Shown here: positions 18,950-28,591 of the stretch, one piece after another
Layout of the letters: the number at the start of each line of letters is the position of its first letter
How positions within the stretch are numbered: the stretch's first letter is position 1
From: Allomuricauda sp.
GTDB lineage: Bacteria > Bacteroidota > Bacteroidia > Flavobacteriales > Flavobacteriaceae
DNA length: 64,000 bases
NCBI GenBank assembly: GCA_028284725.1
Contig: JANQRD010000205.1
Location: 2,117 to 66,116, forward strand
Direction of reading: 5' to 3'
Program-made: the position numbers and the translations under genes
The notes under the pieces: model-generated
Database searches by the model: none
Seen by the model: only the letters and a program-made list of their open reading frames with translations
What the model was told of the DNA's origin: nothing

Positions 18950-21900
18950 ATGAAGAAACTTGTTATTTTCATGTTTATGGCGTTAAGCTGTTTACAAATG
19001 TTTTCTCAACAGCGCTCGGTTTCAGGAAAAGTTACCGACGTTGGTAATGGTGATGCATTACCGGGGGTAAATGTAGTTGTGCAAGGAACCACCATCGGTG
19101 TTTCTACCGATTTCGAGGGCAACTATTCCATTAATGTACCGGACAATGATGCGACGCTGGTGTTTTCCTATTTAGGATTCAGAACTGTGACAGTACAGGT
19201 GGGGAACCAATCGACGATTGATATTTCTCTTCAAGAGGACACTAGCCAATTGGATGAAATTGTGGTCATCGGATATGGATCGGTTAAAAAGAAGGATTTG
19301 ACCGGGGCCGTGGTTTCTTTGGATACGGATGAAATGACCCTGGGTGCCGCAACATCATCGGCGGCCCAAATGCTTCAAGGCCGGGCGGCTGGAGTTGAAA
19401 TTTCCGCTAACGATGGGGAACCGGGCCAAGGATTGAATATCGTAATCCGTGGGGTCACTTCCTTGTCAAATAGTAATGAACCCTTGTATGTTGTAGACGG
19501 GTTTCCTTTGGCTGCAGGTGTTTCCATAGCCCCAGAGGATATAGAAACCATCGATATATTGAAGGACGCTGCTTCCGCGGCAATCTATGGTTCTCGGGGA
19601 TCCTCAGGTGTAATTTTGATTACGACAAAAAAAGGAAAGGCCGGAAGAACCGAGATCAATTATGAGGGGTATACCGGTTTACAGAATTTGACCGGAAGTG
19701 TGGATTATCTCAATTGGGCAGACCATACTAGAGTGCGGAACGAACAATATGCGGAGGGTCCCAATGACGGAAATCCTTGGTACAATGCGGATGATATTGC
19801 CCTACCCTTCAACACCGATTGGTTGGAAGAGGGTACAAGGGATGCACTTATTCAAAGTCACACCCTAAGGGCTTCAGGAGGAAATACGAATTCTCGATTT
19901 GCCCTGTCTGCAAATTACTTTAGCCAGGAAGGTGTTTTTCTTAACAGCAAGTTCGAACGTGCTTCGGTCCGTCTGAATGCGGATCAAAAGTTTGGTGATA
20001 AAACCAATGTAGGGATAAACATGTACGCATCTCGGATTGATTCCGATGCAATGGACAAAAGACCGGGTTTTAGAACTACGGCACCACTGTATGCACTTTT
20101 AAGGGCTGTTCCCGGAAGGGATGCCTTTAACGATGACGGCACATTGGCCGCCACAGTACTCTCCAGGGATACACGTGAATTCGTTAACCCGATTGGGCAG
20201 TTTACAGAAAGGGATAACGATTATTTGGAGTGGAGAACCTATGCCAATGTGTTCATTACCCATGATATAATGAGCAACCTAACGGCCAAGCTCAATGTAG
20301 GGGTGGACCATACTGCAGGTACTACTGCTGAGTTCCAACCTATGCCTTTTTCCGATGACCGAAGTCGATCTTTTGGAAGTATTGACGAAAGCAAAATTTC
20401 CACATACTTAATAGAAGGTACATTGAACTATACTTTTGATATGTTGGGCGAAGATCATTCCTTGGACTTTCTTTTAGGGGCTTCCACACAGTATGACGAA
20501 CTTTTGTTCTTTGGTGCATCTGGAAATGAATTTCCAACAGATAAAACAAGATATTTCAACCTTGGTTCGGCCTCAAACCAGCAAGTATTCAGCTATAAAG
20601 AAGACAAACGAATTGCCTCCTTTTTCGGTCGTGCGAATTACAACTACAAAGGAAAATATATTCTCTCCGCGACCATAAGAGCAGATGGAGCCTCCCAATT
20701 TGGGGAGAACAACAAATGGGGAACTTTCCCATCCGCTTCTGCTGCCTGGAGGCTTTCAGAGGAAGATTTTATGAGCGATTCAAACTTGATAAGCAATCTC
20801 AAATTGAGAGCATCCTATGGTTTAACGGGTAATAACAACTTCTCACCATACACTTCATTGGCAAGAGTGGGAACGTCCAATACATTTACTTTTGATGGTA
20901 CATCTGTATTGGCTGGTCTGGGTACAGACGGAGTTTTTGCACCTAACCCGGATTTGCAGTGGGAAACCACTAAAATGCTCAACTTAGGTCTCGATTTTGG
21001 ACTTTGGAACGAGCGGTTTTACGGTACCATCGAAGTTTATAATTCCAATACTGACAAGTTGATTATTGACAAACCCATCTCCAGTCCTTCCACAGGATTT
21101 AGCTTGATACGTGCCAATGTGGGTTCCATTAAGAACAAGGGATTGGAGATTTCCTTGGGAAGCAGGGTCATTAACGGAGAAGACTTCAAATGGAATGTCA
21201 ACGCCAACTTCTCAACAAACGATAATGAAATTCAGGAGTTGGATGGCGATAACCCCATTAATCTTATTCTTCCCCGACAGCCGTATGGTGAAATAGGGGT
21301 GGAGACATTCCGACAATTGATAACTGGTGGAAGAGTAGGGGACTTTTTCGGATACACGTACAGAGGTGTTTTGCAGGAAGGCGAAACCTATGCTCCCCAA
21401 CCCAATACCACACAAGCTGGTAGTGCTCTTTTTGAGGATACCAATAACGATGGTGTGATCGATGCCAATGATCGAAGTGTAATCGGAAATGCGAATCCTG
21501 ATTTTACCATCGGACTAAACAACCATTTTGAGTACAAGGGAATCTATTTGGATATGTTCTGGCAAGCAGTGGTTGGAAATGACATCTTTAATTTCAAGGC
21601 CATCAATGCCGATCGTTTTTTAAGTACAAGAGCCTTGGATCGTTACAGTGTTGCCAATCCTACCGGGACAAGGCCGGGGGTAAACTACTTTACCAACGGG
21701 TACGGTTCTTATGTGAACACTGAATTCATTGAGGATGGTTCCTATGCGAGACTCAAGAATATTGCACTGGGATATACACTTAAAACTGATAAACTGAAAT
21801 TTTTGGATAACATCAATATTTATATTCAAGGTCAAAACCTCATAACCATTACCGATTATACAGGTTTTGATCCTGAAGTGAGCTTTAACTACCAAGGTAG

Positions 21901-21985
21901 CCAAAGTAGTGTGAATAGGGGGGTCGACGATTATGGTCCTCCCAACTACAAGACCTATACACTCGGATTGAAATTAACATTCTAA
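18950..21985 (+). CDS. susC: SusC/RagA TonB-dependent transporter
   Basis: CarbopepD-like N-domain, LDEIVVIGYG TonB box region, LKDAASAAIYGSRG plug motif, NPDLQWET, C-terminal Phe. Confidence 0.96.
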   Translation: MKKLVIFMFMALSCLQMFSQQRSVSGKVTDVGNGDALPGVNVVVQGTTIGVSTDFEGNYSINVPDNDATLVFSYLGFRTVTVQVGNQSTIDISLQEDTSQLDEIVVIGYGSVKKKDLTGAVVSLDTDEMTLGAATSSAAQMLQGRAAGVEISANDGEPGQGLNIVIRGVTSLSNSNEPLYVVDGFPLAAGVSIAPEDIETIDILKDAASAAIYGSRGSSGVILITTKKGKAGRTEINYEGYTGLQNLTGSVDYLNWADHTRVRNEQYAEGPNDGNPWYNADDIALPFNTDWLEEGTRDALIQSHTLRASGGNTNSRFALSANYFSQEGVFLNSKFERASVRLNADQKFGDKTNVGINMYASRIDSDAMDKRPGFRTTAPLYALLRAVPGRDAFNDDGTLAATVLSRDTREFVNPIGQFTERDNDYLEWRTYANVFITHDIMSNLTAKLNVGVDHTAGTTAEFQPMPFSDDRSRSFGSIDESKISTYLIEGTLNYTFDMLGEDHSLDFLLGASTQYDELLFFGASGNEFPTDKTRYFNLGSASNQQVFSYKEDKRIASFFGRANYNYKGKYILSATIRADGASQFGENNKWGTFPSASAAWRLSEEDFMSDSNLISNLKLRASYGLTGNNNFSPYTSLARVGTSNTFTFDGTSVLAGLGTDGVFAPNPDLQWETTKMLNLGLDFGLWNERFYGTIEVYNSNTDKLIIDKPISSPSTGFSLIRANVGSIKNKGLEISLGSRVINGEDFKWNVNANFSTNDNEIQELDGDNPINLILPRQPYGEIGVETFRQLITGGRVGDFFGYTYRGVLQEGETYAPQPNTTQAGSALFEDTNNDGVIDANDRSVIGNANPDFTIGLNNHFEYKGIYLDMFWQAVVGNDIFNFKAINADRFLSTRALDRYSVANPTGTRPGVNYFTNGYGSYVNTEFIEDGSYARLKNIALGYTLKTDKLKFLDNINIYIQGQNLITITDYTGFDPEVSFNYQGSQSSVNRGVDDYGPPNYKTYTLGLKLTF

Positions 21986-21996
21986 AAAAAAGTGAG

Positions 21997-23496
21997 ATGA
22001 AAAAAATTAAAATTTGCTTATTGGTCCTTTCGATACTGGCTTTAAGTATGGTATCGTGTAGCGACCAGTTGGAAGAGACAGTTTACTCGGAACTCATAAC
22101 CACCACCGCTTATGAGACGGAGGAAGATGCACAAGCACTTATTCTATCGGTTTATGCCGCACTCAGAGGTTCGGATTGGGGCCATTATTATGCGTATTAT
22201 TATATGGAAGTCAGTGAATCTGGGACCGATACCTATGGGTTGGATGACTGGGATCCAGGAACGCAGCGGTTCGAAGTGGGAACCTTTGACAATAATGAAC
22301 CCCATATTGTCAGTCTTTGGGAAGGTTGTTACAAAGTAATAGGTTCCGCCAATTTTGCACTGGACATTTTGGAAGGAATGGACATAGATGAAAGTGTAAA
22401 AGCGAGTTTGATAGGTGAAGCCAAGTTTCTTAGGGCATTGGCATACTATGATTTAACATTCAACTTTGGGGATGTTATTTTAAATACAGCCGCAGGCAAT
22501 ACCGAAGACCTCCCATTAAGTTCACAAGCTGATGTGGTGGCTCAAATAATTTCCGATTTCACGGATGCTGCCAATGTACTGGGAGAAACCACCTCTCCGG
22601 GCAGGGCAAGTAGGGGTGCAGCTTTGGGACTAAGGGCCAAAACCTATTTACAGACCAAGAACTGGACAGAGGCAGCTACAGATGCAAAAGCCGTGATAGA
22701 TCTAGGGGAATACAGTTTGTTCCCAAATGTGACTGAATTGTATCATGCGGCAAACAATGCGGCAAGTGAATGGATTTTTGCAGTAATGTCCACACAGGAT
22801 GGAACCGGCCCAAGTTCACAGATAGCATGGCACGCCAATAGCAAATCCTACATGCAGGGAGGATGGGGAAGACTTACACTGGCCCCTGATTTTTATAACT
22901 CCTTTGACATGACTGATGATAGGAGGAATTTGATTGCCAATGGATATCAACATGGAAATAAGCGAGAAGATGATGGCATACCGCGATATTATGCCCTTCC
23001 TGGAACTCCGGAATACGATGCGCTGGCAAATGACCCCAATATCGGCCTTCGGGATCTAAATTCATTGACCACCAATAAATACATGGCCGGCTTCGATCGG
23101 TTCGATCATCCTGCTCCAGGATATTTTGGAGCAAATTACCCTATTCTTCGTTTTGCCGATATCTTGTTGATGAGAGCGGAAGCCTTAAATGAACTAGGTG
23201 AAACTGTTAATGCTATTCCATTGGTGAATGAGGTGAGATCCAGATCCAATGCGGCGCCCCTTGCAGGATTAGATCAAGCAGCATTACGGAATGCGATTTT
23301 GGAAGAAAGGGCCAAAGAATTTTTTATGGAAGGAAAGCGGCGTTTGGATTTGATCAGAAGTGGCAGGTATATCGAACTGTGGAAGGCAAATTTGGAGCGA
23401 AAATATCCGGATTCCAACTTTGACTATCTTAACCAGGATAGAGTATATTTTCCAATCCCGCAAAGTGAAATCGATGCCAACGAGGAAATTGATTAA
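21997..23496 (+). CDS. susD: SusD/RagB glycan-binding lipoprotein
   Basis: Lipobox MVSC, GEAKFLRALAY, RFADILLMRAEA, ER..EF..EG.R..DL.R, PIPQSEI. Confidence 0.95.
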   Translation: MKKIKICLLVLSILALSMVSCSDQLEETVYSELITTTAYETEEDAQALILSVYAALRGSDWGHYYAYYYMEVSESGTDTYGLDDWDPGTQRFEVGTFDNNEPHIVSLWEGCYKVIGSANFALDILEGMDIDESVKASLIGEAKFLRALAYYDLTFNFGDVILNTAAGNTEDLPLSSQADVVAQIISDFTDAANVLGETTSPGRASRGAALGLRAKTYLQTKNWTEAATDAKAVIDLGEYSLFPNVTELYHAANNAASEWIFAVMSTQDGTGPSSQIAWHANSKSYMQGGWGRLTLAPDFYNSFDMTDDRRNLIANGYQHGNKREDDGIPRYYALPGTPEYDALANDPNIGLRDLNSLTTNKYMAGFDRFDHPAPGYFGANYPILRFADILLMRAEALNELGETVNAIPLVNEVRSRSNAAPLAGLDQAALRNAILEERAKEFFMEGKRRLDLIRSGRYIELWKANLERKYPDSNFDYLNQDRVYFPIPQSEIDANEEID

Positions 23497-23543
23497 AAAT
23501 TTAAGTAGTTAGTTATTCGAGTTAGTTATTTTAATTTCAGGAG

Positions 23544-23577
23544 TGACAACCAGGTGAGCATGCCTGGTTGTCATTTT
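23544..23577 (+). terminator. Intrinsic terminator/attenuator hairpin after susD
   Basis: 11-bp perfect stem TGACAACCAGG / CCTGGTTGTCA followed by TTTT. Confidence 0.7.
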
Positions 23578-23653
23578 ACTCGGTGTTCCAAAACCTTTTG
23601 GTTTTTGAAACCTTGAAGTATATAAGCAAAATAGATGGTTTTAGCCCTTCACA

Positions 23654-26600
23654 ATGAAATTTCGAAGTAAGATATTCCAAGCCATCCATACCATTGGAAG
23701 GGCAAGCACATTCGTATTGCTAGCCATTTTTGGAATGATGCTTTTTCATGCTTCCTGTACTACTTCTGAATTGAAGGAAAAAACCACCATGCTCGAACTA
23801 TTGGATTCCGAAGAGACTGGAATCTTCTTCAGCAATGATATCTCTGAGGATTTGACCAACAATGTTTTCACCTATACCAATTTTTATAATGGAGGAGGAG
23901 TCGCCATTGGGGATGTTGACAATGACGGATTAGTGGACATCTATTTCAGTGCCAATAGCAATACAGGAAAACTTTATCGGAACATGGGCAATTTTAAATT
24001 CGAGGATATTACCCCTGGCTCAGGTATGGATACCATACCTGGCTGGAAAACTGGTGTTACCATGGTGGACATAAACCAAGACGGTTATCTCGACATTTAT
24101 ATGTGCCGCTCCGGAAGGGTAAAGCCAAAATACCGGAAAAACCTGTTATTTATTAACAACGGGGACTTAACCTTCACAGAAAAGAGCGAGGCGTTTGGGC
24201 TGGATGATTGGAGCACATCACTTCATTCAGCTTTTTTCGACTACGATTTGGATGGGGATTTGGACATGTACCTATTAAATCATGCCATGGATCCTGTGAG
24301 GCAAGTATTCAGGAATTTCCATGACGACGATATTGATCGATTTACCGGAGATAAATTGTACAGAAATGAGGGAGGTAAATACATTGAAGTAAAAGAGTTT
24401 ATAGGTCTAAAAAGGTCCAAACTTGGTGATGGCCTCGGCTTGGCGGTATCGGATTTCAACGACGATCTTTTTCCGGACATCTACATCAGCAATGATTTTG
24501 CTGGTAGGGACTATTTGTACTTCAATCAAGGTGATGGAACATTTACAGAGACCGCTCTTGAATCCATGGAGCATATATCCTACTCTTCTATGGGTGTGGA
24601 TGCCGCAGATATCGACAACGATGGTTGGCAAGACGTATTTGTGCTGGACATGCAATCATCCACAAATTATGGCCGAAAAACAAACATGGCTTCCATGGAC
24701 GCAGAGGTGTTCAACGTGTTGGTTGACTTAAATGGACACCACCAATATATGAGGAACACCCTACAATTGAACAACGGTAACCAGACCTTCTCTGATATTG
24801 CACCTATGGCTGGTGTGGAAAGTACTGATTGGAGTTGGTCTCCACTTTTTGTGGATTTGGATAATGATGGCTATAAAGACTTGTTCGTGACTAATGGTAT
24901 GCGTAAAAACATGAACAACAAGGACTATCAATCTTATCGGGATGAACGAATAGAGATGGAGTCAAAAAAACCAAATCCAGATTATGAACGGATGATGAGG
25001 GAGATTTTGGATAAAATTCCAGCCGAAAAAAGTGTGAATATGGTATTCCGAAACAAGAAGGGGGTCGAATTCGAAAATTACAACACTTCATGGGGAATCG
25101 AGACGCCTTCATTTTCGAATGGTTGTGCCTATGTAGATTTGGATAATGATGGGGATATGGACTTGGTGGTAAACAATATAGACGATGAGGCCCATATATA
25201 TAGGAACAACGCTTATGGAAAAAATACCAACCACTTTGTCAAAATTAAACTCTTGGGACCAGAGGGAAATCGAAATGGAATTGGCGCCAAACTTAAAGTA
25301 AAGACCGGAACACTGGAACAGTACAAGGAACAACAGGTGAGTCGTGGATACCAATCCAACGTGGATTTCGTCCTACATTTTGGTCTGGGCAAAGCAAACC
25401 TAGTGGATGTGTTACAGGTGATCTGGCCGGATGGGAAAGTTAATCGAATAACCAATGTTCAAGTGGACGGTGTGGTTGAGGTCGATTATGAAAATGCGGA
25501 GACAATTATCCCCGACACAGTAAAAAAGAAGCTTTTGTTCACCGATGTAACGGAATTATCAGATATAGCGTACAGGCATACTGAAAACCAATATGACGAC
25601 TTCAAAAAAGAACTGCTGTTACCACATAAAATGTCAACCTTCGGGCCGGCCCTTGCTGTGGGTGATGTCAACAAAGATGGACTGGAGGACTTCTTTGTGG
25701 GTGGTGCAAAAGATCAAAGCGGTGCAATATACCTTCAGGAAACCAACCAAACTTTTAGAAAATCAAATCAGAAGGCGCTGTTTTTAGATAAATTCCATGA
25801 GGATGTGGACGCTTCTTTTTTTGACGCAGATCAGGATGGAGATATTGACTTATATGTCGTGAGCGGGGGAAATGAGCTGCCAGCTGGGGATACGTATTAT
25901 CAAGATAGACTTTATCTCAACAATGGGAAAGGAAACTTTTATAAGGTTTCGAACGCATTGCCCGTAATGAATACAAGTGGAGGTGTTGTTAGTCCAAATG
26001 ATGTAGATGGGGATGGCGATATCGACCTATTTATCGGCGGACGGTTAACACCCGGGCAATATCCTAAATCTGATCGTAGCTATCTGCTTTTGAACGAAAA
26101 TGGAAAATTCAAGGATGTAACACAAAAATCGGAAGGCCTGATCAATCCCGGGATGATTACTGATGCTCTTTGGTCTGATTATGATAGTGATGGCCAAAAA
26201 GATCTGATTCTGGTCGGGGAATGGATGCCAATAACCATTTTTAAAAATGGCAATGGGACACTTACCAGGTTAAAAGAGGACGACACTTTAAAAGAAACTC
26301 ATGGCTGGTGGTTCAGCATTTCTGAAGGGGATGTAAACTCCGATGGTAGAATGGACTATATATTGGGAAATCTTGGTGAAAACTATAAGTACAAGGCAAC
26401 ACCGGAAAACCCTTTCAGGCTTTACTCTAAGGATTTTGACAATAATGGATCCCTGGACATTGTGTTGAGCTATTTTGAAAATGACACGCTTTATCCATTA
26501 AGGGGTAAGCAATGCTCTTCTGATCAAATCCCCGGCTTAAAGGACAAGTTCAAAAACTATGGCTCTTTTGGTGCTTCCAGTCTTGAAGATATCTATAGCA

Positions 26601-27016
26601 AAGACTCGTTACAAAATTCAGAGCTATACGAGGCAAAAACGTTCTCCACAAGCTTGCTTTTAAATTTTGAGGATGGGTTTACAATGAAAAAGCTCCCCAA
26701 AATGGCACAAGTCTCTGCGGTTTTCGGAATTGTCTATGAAGATTTTGATAATGATGACCATACCGATCTGCTGCTGGCTGGGAATCTTTATAATTCTGAA
26801 GTGGAGACTCCAAGGGGTGATGCTAGCAGCGGATTGTTTTTGCGGGGTGATGGAAAAGGTAATTTTAAAGAAGTCAGGGGGTACGATTCAGGTTTATTTA
26901 TACCTGGGGATATAAAAAAATTGGAATTCATACGATTGGGAACTTCAAATACCTCTCGTAAAGGAATCATTTCATCTGAAAATAACGGCATAGTTCGACT
27001 TCACGTAACGAAATAA
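23654..27016 (+). CDS. FG-GAP/VCBS repeat, ASPIC/UnbV (CRTAC1-like) protein
   Basis: Many DxDxDGxxD repeats, STDWSWS, ASPIC-like RGYQSNVD..LHFGLG..V.WPDG. Confidence 0.88.
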   Translation: MKFRSKIFQAIHTIGRASTFVLLAIFGMMLFHASCTTSELKEKTTMLELLDSEETGIFFSNDISEDLTNNVFTYTNFYNGGGVAIGDVDNDGLVDIYFSANSNTGKLYRNMGNFKFEDITPGSGMDTIPGWKTGVTMVDINQDGYLDIYMCRSGRVKPKYRKNLLFINNGDLTFTEKSEAFGLDDWSTSLHSAFFDYDLDGDLDMYLLNHAMDPVRQVFRNFHDDDIDRFTGDKLYRNEGGKYIEVKEFIGLKRSKLGDGLGLAVSDFNDDLFPDIYISNDFAGRDYLYFNQGDGTFTETALESMEHISYSSMGVDAADIDNDGWQDVFVLDMQSSTNYGRKTNMASMDAEVFNVLVDLNGHHQYMRNTLQLNNGNQTFSDIAPMAGVESTDWSWSPLFVDLDNDGYKDLFVTNGMRKNMNNKDYQSYRDERIEMESKKPNPDYERMMREILDKIPAEKSVNMVFRNKKGVEFENYNTSWGIETPSFSNGCAYVDLDNDGDMDLVVNNIDDEAHIYRNNAYGKNTNHFVKIKLLGPEGNRNGIGAKLKVKTGTLEQYKEQQVSRGYQSNVDFVLHFGLGKANLVDVLQVIWPDGKVNRITNVQVDGVVEVDYENAETIIPDTVKKKLLFTDVTELSDIAYRHTENQYDDFKKELLLPHKMSTFGPALAVGDVNKDGLEDFFVGGAKDQSGAIYLQETNQTFRKSNQKALFLDKFHEDVDASFFDADQDGDIDLYVVSGGNELPAGDTYYQDRLYLNNGKGNFYKVSNALPVMNTSGGVVSPNDVDGDGDIDLFIGGRLTPGQYPKSDRSYLLLNENGKFKDVTQKSEGLINPGMITDALWSDYDSDGQKDLILVGEWMPITIFKNGNGTLTRLKEDDTLKETHGWWFSISEGDVNSDGRMDYILGNLGENYKYKATPENPFRLYSKDFDNNGSLDIVLSYFENDTLYPLRGKQCSSDQIPGLKDKFKNYGSFGASSLEDIYSKDSLQNSELYEAKTFSTSLLLNFEDGFTMKKLPKMAQVSAVFGIVYEDFDNDDHTDLLLAGNLYNSEVETPRGDASSGLFLRGDGKGNFKEVRGYDSGLFIPGDIKKLEFIRLGTSNTSRKGIISSENNGIVRLHVTK

Positions 27017-27031
27017 TTTATAAAACCAACC

Positions 27032-28546
27032 ATGAAGGTTACAACGATACATCTTTTGACAAAATTGGTTTTGCTGTGTTTTCTGGCAATGGAAAAGTCC
27101 GACCTTCATGCCCAAATTCTTTCGAAAGGCACAATTAAGGTATATCCAAAAGAGAGTGATCAATTACTCTTAAACCCTGGAATTGGATTTACCACCTTTC
27201 AACGGTTCAACGGGGACGTCTTGAACCCGGGAATGGGGTGGACGGAAGGACTGCCTATTGAGTATCAGGAATTCGATGGCGACCTTACCAATAAAAATTA
27301 CCCGCAGACCACTATTGCTTACTTCCGCGTGAATTGGAGATTTTTAGAGACTGGCCCCGGAGAGTACGATTGGAATTTGATTGACAAAGCACTGAAAACC
27401 GCTGCTGAAAGGGGACAAACATTGATGTTGCGAATATCTCCCTATGAAAAGGGAGCAGAAAAGGACGTGCCTGCTTGGTATCGTGAAATTGTGGGTGATG
27501 AGAAGAATATGAAATCCCAAAAGTGGCGAATTGATCCCGAAAACCCAGCATACATCAAGTATTTTGGTGGGATGATAGCTGCGTTAGGCCAGCGTTACGA
27601 CGGCCACCCCGATATCGAAAGCGTAGACGTTTCCTTTATCGGGTATTGGGGAGAAGGGCAGGGAACCCATTTACTTTCCGATAAAACCAGACGAGGACTG
27701 ATCGATACGTATCTAGATAACTTTACCAAAACCCATCTAATTTTTCAACCACTCAATGGTGATGCTCCCAATCCCAACCGCTTGGTAAGGGGTACAAACA
27801 TTGCCGCATATTGGCCTGACGGGACAGATAATGGCAATGGACCACAAATGAGACACTTGGGTTGGCGTATAGATTGTCTTGGAGACATGAGTTTTTTTCC
27901 ACAATGGGACTTTAACCATATGATGGATGTCTATCCACAGGATATCATCCGAAGTGGTATGTCGGATGCCTGGAAAAAAGCACCGGTTACCATGGAAATC
28001 TGTGGCACTTTTCTAAACTGGTTGGAAAAGCAGAAATACGATGAAAAGACGGTTGAATTCATATTTGAGCAAGCATTGAAATGGCATGTTTCTTCTTTCA
28101 ATGCAAAAAGTTCACCGGTCCCAAAAGAGTGGAGCCCTTTGGTGGAGAAATGGTTGAAAAAAATGGGCTATCGATTTGTGCTGCGGAAATTTACCTATCC
28201 CCCAACAGTTTTCCCTCAAGGCCAGTTGCGGATTACTTCTTGGTGGGAAAATAAGGGGGTAGCCCCCATATACAGGGCTTACACCTATGCGATTCGCGTT
28301 AAAAACAACTCTCATTCCCATGTATGGGCAACCGATGCGGACATTCGTAAGTGGTTACCGGGAGACATTTTTTTTGAGGAAAAGTTATACCTCCCAAAGG
28401 ACATGCCGCCCGGTAACTACGACTTGGAAATTGCCCTTGTGGATCCAGTTTCCTTTGATTCTCGCATTAAACTCGCAATAGAAGGAGTTAATGCAGAGGG
28501 TTGGTATCCTATGGGAAAAGTAATAGTAAAGCAGCAAGCTGAATAA
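27032..28546 (+). CDS. DUF4832-like protein, putative clan GH-A type TIM-barrel glycoside hydrolase
   Basis: LLNPGIG, YFRVNW..LE..PG.YDW, G.RYDGHP, IGYWGEG, MGYRF and WENKGVAP.Y; signal peptide. Confidence 0.65.
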   Translation: MKVTTIHLLTKLVLLCFLAMEKSDLHAQILSKGTIKVYPKESDQLLLNPGIGFTTFQRFNGDVLNPGMGWTEGLPIEYQEFDGDLTNKNYPQTTIAYFRVNWRFLETGPGEYDWNLIDKALKTAAERGQTLMLRISPYEKGAEKDVPAWYREIVGDEKNMKSQKWRIDPENPAYIKYFGGMIAALGQRYDGHPDIESVDVSFIGYWGEGQGTHLLSDKTRRGLIDTYLDNFTKTHLIFQPLNGDAPNPNRLVRGTNIAAYWPDGTDNGNGPQMRHLGWRIDCLGDMSFFPQWDFNHMMDVYPQDIIRSGMSDAWKKAPVTMEICGTFLNWLEKQKYDEKTVEFIFEQALKWHVSSFNAKSSPVPKEWSPLVEKWLKKMGYRFVLRKFTYPPTVFPQGQLRITSWWENKGVAPIYRAYTYAIRVKNNSHSHVWATDADIRKWLPGDIFFEEKLYLPKDMPPGNYDLEIALVDPVSFDSRIKLAIEGVNAEGWYPMGKVIVKQQAE

Positions 28547-28591
28547 TCGAACAAAATGTTTAATAGTTAATCTGAACACCCAATATCTAAC

